Translations under genes and position numbers: made by a program
Notes under the pieces: model-generated
Told to the model about the DNA's origin: nothing
Seen by the model: the letters and a program-made list of their open reading frames with translations, nothing else
Databases searched by the model: none
Assembly (NCBI GenBank): GCA_964650745.1
Contig: CAZYUX010000002.1
Location: forward strand, 1-39,847
DNA from: an uncultured Puniceicoccaceae bacterium
GTDB lineage: Bacteria > Verrucomicrobiota > Verrucomicrobiia > Opitutales > CAZYUX01
Length of the DNA stretch: 39,847 bases
Reading direction: 5' to 3'
In this document: piece by piece, positions 18,501 through 26,349 of the stretch
Numbering within the stretch: position 1 is the first letter of the stretch
Layout: the number at the start of each line of letters is the position of its first letter

Positions 18501-18602
18501 AAGACCGCCGCGCGGGAAGGCAAGCTCAAACGCAAGGGCGAGGTGATTGCGAAGTTGCTGGAAGAGCACGTGGCGCTTAAAAAAATGCTTGGGGTCAGTT
18601 GA
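18501..18602 (+). pseudogene. possible fragment of a transposase N-terminal coiled-coil region
   Basis: KTAAREGKLKRKGEVIAKLLEEHVALKKMLGVS* resembles the leucine-zipper end of IS3-like OrfA or HTH-rve transposases. This is a short, low-information match. Confidence 0.25.
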
Positions 18603-18934
18603 AGAGGCCCTAGGTGGAGCCGGACCGAAGGACTTTAGTGATATGCCAGCCCAAACCCGCCCTCCGGACGGCCTCCCCCAAACACCAAAACCTGTCAAAC
18701 TATACCCGCCCCCTGAAAAAGGAATATCCTATCGCTTGATTTAACTCAATTAAAGCGATTTTGCGCTCTACGGCGCTGACATTTTTACCCCCTCGCCCAC
18801 GACTTTTCCGGATGAGCCTTTTTTTCTGAAATTTTCCGTTGACCCGCCGGAAGCTTGGCAACACTCCTGGAGCGGCGGCATGCTGCCGCGTGCCGCAACG
18901 GCCCGCTTCCTTTCAACCCTCTCACTTGCCAGCC

Positions 18935-19843
18935 ATGACCTTCCAGGAAATCAAAAACTCCCTCCCGCAAACCGCCCTCCGGGAAATCGAAGGCCTGCCC
19001 TTCCCTAAAATCCGCTCCGGAAAAGTCCGGGAGATTTTCGGTTGCGGAGAACACCTGCTGATTATCGCCACGGACCGCCTGTCAGCCTTCGACGTCATCC
19101 TGCCCGACGGCATCCCCGGCAAAGGGGTTATCCTGAACCAGCTCAGCCTGTATTGGTTCGCCAAAACGGAGGCGCTGGCCCGCAACCACTTGGCGGATAA
19201 CCATGGCCAGGCCGCGGCGGAAATGCTTAAAGACCGCCCGGAGATTATCCCCCGCGCCATGATCGTGAAGAAACTCGAGCCGCTGCCGGTCGAGGCCGTG
19301 GTGCGCGCTTATCTCTCCGGCAGCGGCTGGAAAGACTATCAGCAAACCGGCCGGCTCTTCGGGCAGGACGCCCCTCCCGGACTGGCCGAGAGCGCCCGCC
19401 TGCCCGCCCCCATGTTCACCCCCACCACCAAGGCCCAAACCGGCCACGACGAGCCGGTCTCCCTCGCACAGTGCGAAGAGATGCTGGGCAAGGATGTTTA
19501 CACGGAGGTTCTGCGCGTCAGCTTCGAGCTTTTCCGCATGGGAAGCGCGGCCGCCGCCAAGGCCGGCCTGATCCTGGCAGACACCAAATTCGAGTTCGGC
19601 CTCGACACGGATAAAAACCTCTACCTGATTGACGAAGTGCTCACCCCGGACTCCTCCCGCTACTGGCCCGTTGAAGATTACGAGCCGGGCCGCTCCCAGC
19701 ACGCCTTCGACAAACAATACGTGCGCGACTACCTCGAAACCCTCGACTGGGACAAAACACCGCCCGGCCCCCCGCTCCCCCCCGAAGTCATCCAAAACAC
19801 CCGGCAACGCTACCTCGCCGCCGCCGAAAAAATCATGGGCTGA
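18935..19843 (+). CDS. purC: phosphoribosylaminoimidazole-succinocarboxamide (SAICAR) synthase
   Basis: Start MTFQEIKNSL (ATG 18935, in frame with the track ORF), plus SGKVREIF, ATDRLSAFD and ILADTKFEFG. Confidence 0.95.
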   Translation: MTFQEIKNSLPQTALREIEGLPFPKIRSGKVREIFGCGEHLLIIATDRLSAFDVILPDGIPGKGVILNQLSLYWFAKTEALARNHLADNHGQAAAEMLKDRPEIIPRAMIVKKLEPLPVEAVVRAYLSGSGWKDYQQTGRLFGQDAPPGLAESARLPAPMFTPTTKAQTGHDEPVSLAQCEEMLGKDVYTEVLRVSFELFRMGSAAAAKAGLILADTKFEFGLDTDKNLYLIDEVLTPDSSRYWPVEDYEPGRSQHAFDKQYVRDYLETLDWDKTPPGPPLPPEVIQNTRQRYLAAAEKIMG

Positions 19844-19846
19844 TTT

Positions 19847-20131
19847 TTGGGACTGACCCGCATCCACTGGCTTTATCCCAACCTGGCCTGGCGCCTGGAT
19901 GATACCGAACGCCACGGCAAATGCCACGGCCTGCGCGCCATCCAGGACGCGGCTTCACGCTACAAGTTCCCTCCGCTGGCCGGACTCTTGTCCCGCGGCG
20001 AGAAAGTGGCGCAACACCTGGAAAAGCTCCTCGGGCAATACGGGACGCCGCTCTTCCTCAAGCAGGACAATGGTTCCATCGAGCACACCCAAGGGGACTA
20101 TCAGCGCCGCGTCCATGCGCGGTCATGCTAA
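19847..20131 (+). pseudogene. integrase-core (rve, DDE) transposase fragment
   Basis: YPNLAWRLDDTE (first D region), LRAIQDAASRY (second strand) and GTPLFLKQDNGS (xDNGSxF region). The HTH N-terminus and the third catalytic region are missing. Only 94 aa are present. Confidence 0.55.
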
Positions 20132-20198
20132 CAAATTGCAAGGACAGATTGACACAATTTGTCCTGTTAGGGCCTGACAGACCATTATCCCGCATCAG

Positions 20199-20447
20199 CT
20201 ACTCCTCTCCAAACATCCAGCCTGCAGTCACTTTCAAGGCTTTGGCCAAAACGGCTATCTCGTAGTCCATGACGTAGCGTTCCTGGTTCTCGATGCGGGA
20301 GATGGCGCTGCGGTCTATACTCACACCAAGGGCAGCCAGTCTTCCCGCTAAGTCCTGCTGTGAAACGGGCGGTTTTTGTGCCAGCCGGGCTTTCCGGACG
20401 CGTCCGCCGATGATGTTTTTCGAATATCCCGTCTTGGTCTTTTTCAT
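20199..20447 (-). CDS. XRE-family helix-turn-helix transcriptional regulator
   Basis: IGGRVRKARLAQKPPVSQQDLAGRLAALGVSIDRSAISRIENQERYVMDYEIAVLAKAL is a canonical Cro/C1 HTH. Confidence 0.85.
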   Translation of the reverse strand: MKKTKTGYSKNIIGGRVRKARLAQKPPVSQQDLAGRLAALGVSIDRSAISRIENQERYVMDYEIAVLAKALKVTAGWMFGEE

Positions 20448-20449
20448 CC

Positions 20450-20468
20450 GCGTGTGATTTACACACGC
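20450..20468. promoter_or_regulatory. palindromic operator-like site 1 (GCGTGTG-N5-CACACGC)
   Basis: Perfect 7-bp inverted repeat with a 5-nt spacer, ending 2 nt from the XRE start codon. Confidence 0.4.
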
Positions 20469-20496
20469 TTGACTTTAACAGCTCCCGCAGCTTCGA

Positions 20497-20515
20497 ATGT
20501 GTGACGTGCACACAT
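20497..20515. promoter_or_regulatory. palindromic operator-like site 2 (ATGTGTG-N5-CACACAT)
   Basis: Perfect 7-bp inverted repeat with a 5-nt spacer, sharing the core GTGTG-N5-CACAC with site 1. The two centres are 47 bp apart, in the divergent XRE/HAF intergenic region. Confidence 0.4.
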
Positions 20516-20574
20516 AACCATATGAACCGCGCACTCAAAACCTAAATAATATAACAAGAAAATGTAATATCACA

Positions 20575-21726
20575 ATGAAAACGATATATCTGATTAAATA
20601 TGCGTTATACGCGGCGGGCGCTTTTATAGCTTCCGCTTCCGGCCTGCACGGCCAGGCCAGCTTTACCGGCCTGGGCGATCTGCCCGGAGGTCTTTATTAC
20701 AGCGTCGCCAACGATATTTCCGCTGACGGCTCAACCGTCGTCGGCTGGAGCGAAACAGCCGACGGTGATGAAGCCTTCGTCTGGACAGAAGCAACAGGCA
20801 TTGTTGGGCTGGGAGACTTGCCCGGAGGCTCTATTTACAGCCGCGCGACCGCCGTGTCCTTTGACGGCTCCGTGATTGTAGGCAGAAGCGCCGCAACAAA
20901 CGGCACTGAAGCATTCAGATGGACTACATCGGGAGGTATGACCGGGCTGGGTGACTTGCCTGGAGCAACCTTCAGCAGCAGTTCATTCGGCGTATCGGCG
21001 GACGGATTGGTCGTTGTGGGCCAAAGCGAAAGCTTCAACGGCTATGAAGCTTGGCGATGGACTCAGGCTACCGGGATGGTTGGTTTGGGTGATTTGACGG
21101 GCGACGGATTCGAAAGCCACGCCTTGGATATTAATAGTGATGGCTCCGTGATCGTCGGTTATGGTTTTAGCGCCAATGGAAGAGAAGCTTTCCGCTGGAC
21201 TCAGGCTTTGGGGATGGTTGGCCTGGGAGATCTTCCAGGTGGAACTTTCAGCAGCAGTGCCTGGGAAGTTACACCTGACGGTACAATTATAGTTGGCACC
21301 GGAAATAGTGATAGCGGACAGGAGGCTATCCGCTGGACACAGGCTGGCGGCATGGTTGGTTTGGGTGATTTACCGGGAGGTTTGTATCAAAGCTCAGCTT
21401 TTGACGTGTCCGCTGACGGAACTTTCGTCGTGGGGAAAAGTAACACGGATAATGGCAATGAAGCCTTCCTCTGGGATGCCGTGAATGGAATGAGACTGCT
21501 TCAGGATGTGCTGGTCAACGATTATGGTCTGGATCTGACGGGCTGGACTTTAGGCAACGCCTTTGGCATTTCCGATGACGGAACGGTTATCACGGGTTGG
21601 GGCTTTAATCCAAGCGGGGATACGGAAGCCTGGCGGGCGGTGATCCCGGAGCCGGGCGGTTGCGCCGTTCTATTCGGTCTTTCCGTGCTGGTTTTGGCTT
21701 TGTCGAGGCGTAAAAAAAGCCATTAA
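20575..21726 (+). CDS. HAF-family extracellular repeat protein with PEP-CTERM sorting signal
   Basis: Signal peptide MKTIYLIKYALYAAGAFIASASG, then six 46-aa repeats of the form GLGDLPGGxxxSxAxxVSADGSxVVGxSxxxxGxEAFRWTxxxGMV, one degenerate seventh unit, and the C-terminus VIPEPGGCAVLFGLSVLVLALSRRKKSH. Confidence 0.8.
   Translation: MKTIYLIKYALYAAGAFIASASGLHGQASFTGLGDLPGGLYYSVANDISADGSTVVGWSETADGDEAFVWTEATGIVGLGDLPGGSIYSRATAVSFDGSVIVGRSAATNGTEAFRWTTSGGMTGLGDLPGATFSSSSFGVSADGLVVVGQSESFNGYEAWRWTQATGMVGLGDLTGDGFESHALDINSDGSVIVGYGFSANGREAFRWTQALGMVGLGDLPGGTFSSSAWEVTPDGTIIVGTGNSDSGQEAIRWTQAGGMVGLGDLPGGLYQSSAFDVSADGTFVVGKSNTDNGNEAFLWDAVNGMRLLQDVLVNDYGLDLTGWTLGNAFGISDDGTVITGWGFNPSGDTEAWRAVIPEPGGCAVLFGLSVLVLALSRRKKSH
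20668..21495 (+). repeat. six tandem 138-nt (46-codon) coding repeats
   Basis: Repeat units start at GGCCTGGGCGATCTGCCCGGAGGT (20668) and GGGCTGGGAGACTTGCCCGGAGGC (20806), then every 138 nt. They are diverged at the DNA level and conserved at the protein level. Confidence 0.9.
21643..21723 (+). other. PEP-CTERM sorting signal
   Basis: IPEP motif, a hydrophobic span (GGCAVLFGLSVLVLAL) and a basic tail (SRRKKSH). Confidence 0.75.
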
Positions 21727-21917
21727 TTTCGAACTCACTTTTTATTTTGACGTTTTGGCCGGTGAGCGCGCCGCTCCCGGCGGCCCGGCGGGGCTTTATC
21801 GCGTTGGATTTCCCTTTATTTGCAGCCGCCGGCGTCATGCGGAGATAAAAACCGGAAAATGCTTTAATCAATTTCGGAATCCAGGTTTAACTTCGATATT
21901 TTACTTAAACGGACGAA

Positions 21918-22337
21918 TTAAACGGGCGGAATCTCATCTTTCTTGAAAAAGCGTTGGATTTCCACCTCGGCGCTTTCCGGGCTGTCGGAGGCGTGGATGA
22001 AGTTCATCATCGAATCCGTCCCCCAGTCCCCGCGGATGGTGCCAGCCGGAGCCTGGTTCGAGTCGGTGGGGCCGGCGAGATGGCGCGCCCTGCGAATGAC
22101 GTTCCCGCCCTCGAGAATCAAGATGAGGACGGGGCGCGACATCATGAATTCCATGAGTTTCGGATAGACCGGCAACTCCTGGATGTGGGCGTAATGGATG
22201 TCGAGGACGGCCCGGTCCAGCGCCGCCATTTTGCATGCGGCGATATTGAAGCCCGCTTCCTCGAAGCGGGTCAGCACGGCTCCGGCTTTGCGTTTGTTGA
22301 AGCAGTCCGGTTTGAGGATGACGAGCGTTCTTTCCAT
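21918..22337 (-). CDS. ndk: nucleoside-diphosphate kinase
   Basis: MERTLVILKPD, GPTDSNQAPAGTIRGDWG, and the active-site His in NFIHASDS. Confidence 0.95.
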   Translation of the reverse strand: MERTLVILKPDCFNKRKAGAVLTRFEEAGFNIAACKMAALDRAVLDIHYAHIQELPVYPKLMEFMMSRPVLILILEGGNVIRRARHLAGPTDSNQAPAGTIRGDWGTDSMMNFIHASDSPESAEVEIQRFFKKDEIPPV

Positions 22338-22413
22338 CCCTTTTCATTTGGCGCGTTTCAGCCTGCATGCCAAGCTTCAATTGCGGGCGGAGGGGCTTGT
22401 TTTTGCGCCGCTC

Positions 22414-22938
22414 TCACTTCCGGTAGGGATACAGGAGGCTGGCGGATCGTTTGTCGAGAGCGTCCGGAGCGGCGATGCGGAAGGAGTCGCCGGAGAGGTC
22501 CCGGATGACGAGGCTGCCGTCGTCCAGCTCGCGGGGCCAGTCGTCGAGTTTGATCAGGAAGGTGCGGGGTCCCTGGCGGGTGCGGACTTTCCAGACCCGC
22601 AGCTCGAAGTCGCGCTCGATGTTATCGATGGCAAGGATGTCAAAGGTGAAGCGGGCGTTTTTGAGCGCGGTTTCGACGGCCTGGCGGGATGTTTCGTCCA
22701 GGTCTTCCAGGTTTTGGATGAGGGCCAGCTCGTTACCCTTGTCGTCACGCACGGAGAGGAACCTGCGGGGATAACTCCAGGGGAAACAAGGCCGGATGGC
22801 GGCGGGGATGTCCCCGGTTCGTTGTGACATGAGCAGGCGCCCGTCCTCTCCGCTCCGGATAACTGGAGCGGGGCCGGGGGTTTCCGCTGGGGTTTTCGGC
22901 CGGGCCGGTTTCATGTTTTTCCCTCTTTTGACGGGCAA
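22414..22938 (-). CDS. DUF1854 domain protein
   Basis: IRPCFPWSYP..FLSVRDDKGNELALIQNLEDLDETSRQAVETALKNARFTFDILAIDNIE..FELRVWKVRTRQGPRTFLIK..D..R.L.DGSLVIRDLSGDSFRI..PDALDKRSASLL fits my recollection of the DUF1854 pattern. It starts 2 nt after the ABC gene stop. Confidence 0.7.
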   Translation of the reverse strand: MPVKRGKNMKPARPKTPAETPGPAPVIRSGEDGRLLMSQRTGDIPAAIRPCFPWSYPRRFLSVRDDKGNELALIQNLEDLDETSRQAVETALKNARFTFDILAIDNIERDFELRVWKVRTRQGPRTFLIKLDDWPRELDDGSLVIRDLSGDSFRIAAPDALDKRSASLLYPYRK

Positions 22939-22940
22939 AT

Positions 22941-25244
22941 TTAAATGGCGCGCATTTCGTGGAGTTCGCGCTGCATGCGGTAGAGTTTTTCATACAGGCC
23001 GCTGGGTTTTTTCAGCAGTTCCTCGTGAGAGCCGCTCTCGGCCATCTTGCCTTCCTTGAGGACAAAGAGACGGTGGGCGCGGCGCAAGGTCGAGAGCCGG
23101 TGGGCGATGGCGATGACGGTGCGTCCCGAAATCAGCCGCTCGATGGCTTCCTGGATTTTGCGCTCGGTCTCGGTGTCCACGCTGCTGGTGGCCTCGTCGA
23201 GGACGAGGATGCGGGGATTGTGGAGGATGGCGCGGGCGATGGAGACGCGCTGGCGCTCGCCGCCGGAAAGGGTGTGGCCGCGTTCGCCGACGATGGTGTC
23301 GTAACCGTTGGGCAGCTTGCAGATGAAGTCATGGGCGTTGGCCGCCTTGGCCGCCGCGATGACTTCCCCGGCGTCCGTTTCCCGGCAGGCGTAGCATATG
23401 TTTTCCAGGATGCTGCCGTGGAAAAGGTAGGGCTCCTGCATGACGATGCCGATCTGGCGCCGGTAGTGCCCCAGGTCGAGGTCCTGGATGTTGACGCCGT
23501 CAATGCGGATGGCGCCGGTTGACACGTCGAAGAACCGGGCGATCAGGTTGATGACCGTCGTTTTGCCGGCGCCGGAAGGGCCGACCAGGCCGATCATCTC
23601 CCCTGGCTCGACATCGAAGGAGATGCCTTTGAGAATCTGGCGCACCGGGTCGTAGCCGAAGGTGACCTCCTCGAAAGTGATGCGTCCGCGCAGCGGCTCG
23701 AGTTTTTTTGCCGCGCGGGGCGTGGTGATTTCCGGTTCCGTGTCGAGCACTTCGAAGACACGGTGGGCCGAGCTGAGAGAGCGGTTGATCATGCGGGTGA
23801 GGAAGCCGAACGCTTCAATGGGCCCGATAAAACGCCCCATGTAGAGCAAAAACGAGACAAAGACGCCGGGAGCCAATGTCACTTGGCCGTCCGGCCCGGC
23901 GCCCAGCATCCTCGGCAAGCCGAAGAGCCAGACCAGAATCGTCATGATTCCCAGCGTCAAGGTAATGAAGGGCCAGCGTGTGGACCAGACCTTGTTGATG
24001 TGGACAGCCTCGTCCGTCACCGAAACGTTGCGCTCGTCGAAACGGCGGCACTCATAATTTTCCTGGTTGAAGGCTTTGACGACGCGGATGCCGGGAATAG
24101 TGTCTGAAAGCACCGCTGTCATATTTGACCACTTTTGCCAGACGCGCATGAAAATGGCGTGCAACCGGCGGCCCATGACATAGATGAAGAAGAACACCAA
24201 GGGCATGGGCAGAACCAGAATGAGCCCCAGCCGCCAGTCGAGGGCGATCAGAACCGCCGACAACCCGATGACCATGAGGAGGGACAGCGTCAGCTCCGTC
24301 ACGCCGAAGGCGATGAAGTCCCAGATGCGGTCGGTGTCAGAGCTGACACGGGTGATGAGGCCGCCCGTCTGGTGGTTGGAGAAATAATTGACGCTTAGTT
24401 TCTGGAGGTGTTCGTAGATGTTGCGGCGGAGGTCGCGGGCCACGTATTCGCCGACGGTGGTGGTCGTGCGCAGGCGCACCCAGAGGAAAAAGGTCTGGGC
24501 CAGAAAAGCCGCCACGATGACCGCGAGGATGCCCAGCGCCGTGCGGTAAGCGGTTTGCGGTTCCACGGCGCCTTTTTTCAGCGGCATGACCACTTCGTCA
24601 ATCAGCAGGCCGGTGAGGTAAGGGGGCGCGAGGCTGACGGCCGTCAGGAGAGCGGCGGCGAGGATGCCGAACGTGAACTGTTTCCGGTAGGGCTTCAGAT
24701 AAGAGAGAAGCCGCCAGACGATTGCCATTTTGTCCTTGGTGACGGAGGACTGGGCCTTGCGGATGGAACTGGCCATGTTTTCCGCGTAGATGGCGTCGGC
24801 CTGGTCTTCGGGCACGCGCAAGGCATTGCCCTCCGTTTGCTGGCGCAGGATGAAGAGAATCGGTCCCATGGCGGCCTGCTGGCGGAAAGAATACCGCAGG
24901 ACAGCCAGGGCGGGCTGATCCGGCTGGCCCATTAGCAGCACCGTGGCGCAGCTGATGGAAGGGATTTCCCGCACGTGTTTGATCTTCGTCCGCGCAATGG
25001 TTTGAACTTCGCCAAACCTTCCATCCGCGTTCTCCTCGAGCAGGCCAACCTGTTCCGGGCCCAAGGCAAGCCAGACGCGGGCCAGGCGCATCGAGTCATC
25101 CAAGTCGGCCAAAGCATAGAGCTGCACGGGCCGGCCTTGCCAGGCGGCTTCGAAACGTTCCCGCGCGGCCGCCGGCATCGCCTCCGGCTGATCGCCGTAA
25201 CGGCCGATAATGCGGCGGTTGCGCTCTGTGGCGGATGTTTTCAT
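22941..25244 (-). CDS. ABC exporter, fused permease/ATPase with a roughly 170-aa N-terminal cytoplasmic extension
   Basis: Walker A GPSGAGKTT, signature LSGGERQR and Walker B ILVLDEATS. The six-TM exporter domain starts near WRLLSYLKPYRKQF. The extra N-terminal domain is MKTSATERNRRIIGRYGD...SVTKDK. Confidence 0.9.
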   Translation of the reverse strand: MKTSATERNRRIIGRYGDQPEAMPAAARERFEAAWQGRPVQLYALADLDDSMRLARVWLALGPEQVGLLEENADGRFGEVQTIARTKIKHVREIPSISCATVLLMGQPDQPALAVLRYSFRQQAAMGPILFILRQQTEGNALRVPEDQADAIYAENMASSIRKAQSSVTKDKMAIVWRLLSYLKPYRKQFTFGILAAALLTAVSLAPPYLTGLLIDEVVMPLKKGAVEPQTAYRTALGILAVIVAAFLAQTFFLWVRLRTTTTVGEYVARDLRRNIYEHLQKLSVNYFSNHQTGGLITRVSSDTDRIWDFIAFGVTELTLSLLMVIGLSAVLIALDWRLGLILVLPMPLVFFFIYVMGRRLHAIFMRVWQKWSNMTAVLSDTIPGIRVVKAFNQENYECRRFDERNVSVTDEAVHINKVWSTRWPFITLTLGIMTILVWLFGLPRMLGAGPDGQVTLAPGVFVSFLLYMGRFIGPIEAFGFLTRMINRSLSSAHRVFEVLDTEPEITTPRAAKKLEPLRGRITFEEVTFGYDPVRQILKGISFDVEPGEMIGLVGPSGAGKTTVINLIARFFDVSTGAIRIDGVNIQDLDLGHYRRQIGIVMQEPYLFHGSILENICYACRETDAGEVIAAAKAANAHDFICKLPNGYDTIVGERGHTLSGGERQRVSIARAILHNPRILVLDEATSSVDTETERKIQEAIERLISGRTVIAIAHRLSTLRRAHRLFVLKEGKMAESGSHEELLKKPSGLYEKLYRMQRELHEMRAI

Positions 25245-25575
25245 GAGAGCGTTCGCGGGAGAGGGAAAAAAGGAAAAGGCAGGCGGGAGCGGGTGACGAA
25301 AGACGTTCGGGATGTCAAAGATGCGGGAGATTGGCGCCGTCTTGCTTTGGGAGGAAGGGGAATGGGAACTCCCGCCTTTGCTCTAATTCCGGCGGCGCGC
25401 GCGTGAAAAAACCGCCATGAGGCGGAAACTGGGCTTGGCAAAGCAAGCCGCGCCGCGGCTCCATCCCGTTCAGGGCCGGCAAAGGGTATGGTTAATCATG
25501 CAACCTCCTGGTTAAGCGGAAGCTTGTCAGGAAGAACCGTCCGGACCCGGATGGCAAGTATTAATTTTCACTTTT

Positions 25576-25604
25576 CCCGCCCGCGCGGCTGCAACCGCGG
25601 CGGG
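25576..25604 (+). terminator. GC-rich hairpin followed by AGTTTGTT (terminator-like, with no upstream ORF)
   Basis: CCCGCC(cgc)GCGG-ctgcaa-CCGCGGCGGG forms a 10-bp stem with a 3-nt bulge. A second small hairpin, CCGC-cagg-GCGG, followed by GGTGTTTTT lies 10 nt downstream. Confidence 0.25.
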
Positions 25605-25680
25605 AGTTTGTTCCGCCAGGGCGGGGTGTTTTTCATGATTTCAAACTTGCCGCGCCAGCCTTGCTTTTTTTTCTTGGTCT

Positions 25681-26349
25681 ATGCGCGCGGATTTGGGCAA
25701 TGGGTTTCGAAGCCGGTCATGGGGAAAAAAACTGGCGGCGGCGGGCGTTTTCATCAGTTTGGTTTTCGGTTCATCCGCGCAAACGGACTGGAGCGCCGGG
25801 CCTTCCGCCGGGGCATTTTCCTGGGCCCATTTGCGGTCCGCGCGGAATCTGAAAATGCCGGTTTTCAATGAGCAGGGCATCCCCTGGGCCATCATCGAGG
25901 TTGAAAAAATCGCCAAGACCTGCCGGCGGCTGGGGCCTTTCAGCATTCGGGTAATGCCCCGGCGGGAGGTGTCCGGGCTGTTTTTATCCGTCAACACAAG
26001 CCTCGCGGATCCCGCTTTTTTGCGCGGCGCTCTCGATGAGTGGACCCTGCGGGCGCTCCAGTTGAGGCTCGAATTCAAAGAGGCCGCAATTCATTTGACC
26101 GGCGGAGAGATCCCTTTCGTTATAAATGCGGACGAGATGCGCCCGGCGCCGGGCGGAAAACTTTTCTTTCGCGGCCGTGTGTCCGGGAAGCTCGGCGGCC
26201 GGCCCTTCGTGTCAGACAAGGCGCTTTGGCGCTTTGATGACAAAGACGGGAGCGTGCGCCTCATCTTATCCGGCCGGGCGCCGTTGCCGCTTTCATTGAC
26301 TTGGAAAAATCAAGAAAAATCCAAATCAGCAAACGAATCAACACCATGA
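25681..26349 (+). CDS. hypothetical secreted protein
   Basis: 222-aa ORF with the signal-like segment KKLAAAGVFISLVFGSSAQT. Its stop overlaps the next gene's ATG (ATGA at 26346-26349). I recognised no family. Confidence 0.55.
   Translation: MRADLGNGFRSRSWGKKLAAAGVFISLVFGSSAQTDWSAGPSAGAFSWAHLRSARNLKMPVFNEQGIPWAIIEVEKIAKTCRRLGPFSIRVMPRREVSGLFLSVNTSLADPAFLRGALDEWTLRALQLRLEFKEAAIHLTGGEIPFVINADEMRPAPGGKLFFRGRVSGKLGGRPFVSDKALWRFDDKDGSVRLILSGRAPLPLSLTWKNQEKSKSANESTP

Noticed and set aside
17270-18535. A 421-aa ORF on the minus strand.
   Set aside because: It is antisense to leuA, and its composition is typical of shadow ORFs.
25500-25560. SRP-RNA-like words (GTCAGG, CCGGA, GGAAG) in the long intergenic region.
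   Set aside because: The conserved domain IV arrangement (GGUCCGGAAGGAAGCAGCC with a GNRA loop and symmetric loops) is not present, and the local stem has a GACC loop.
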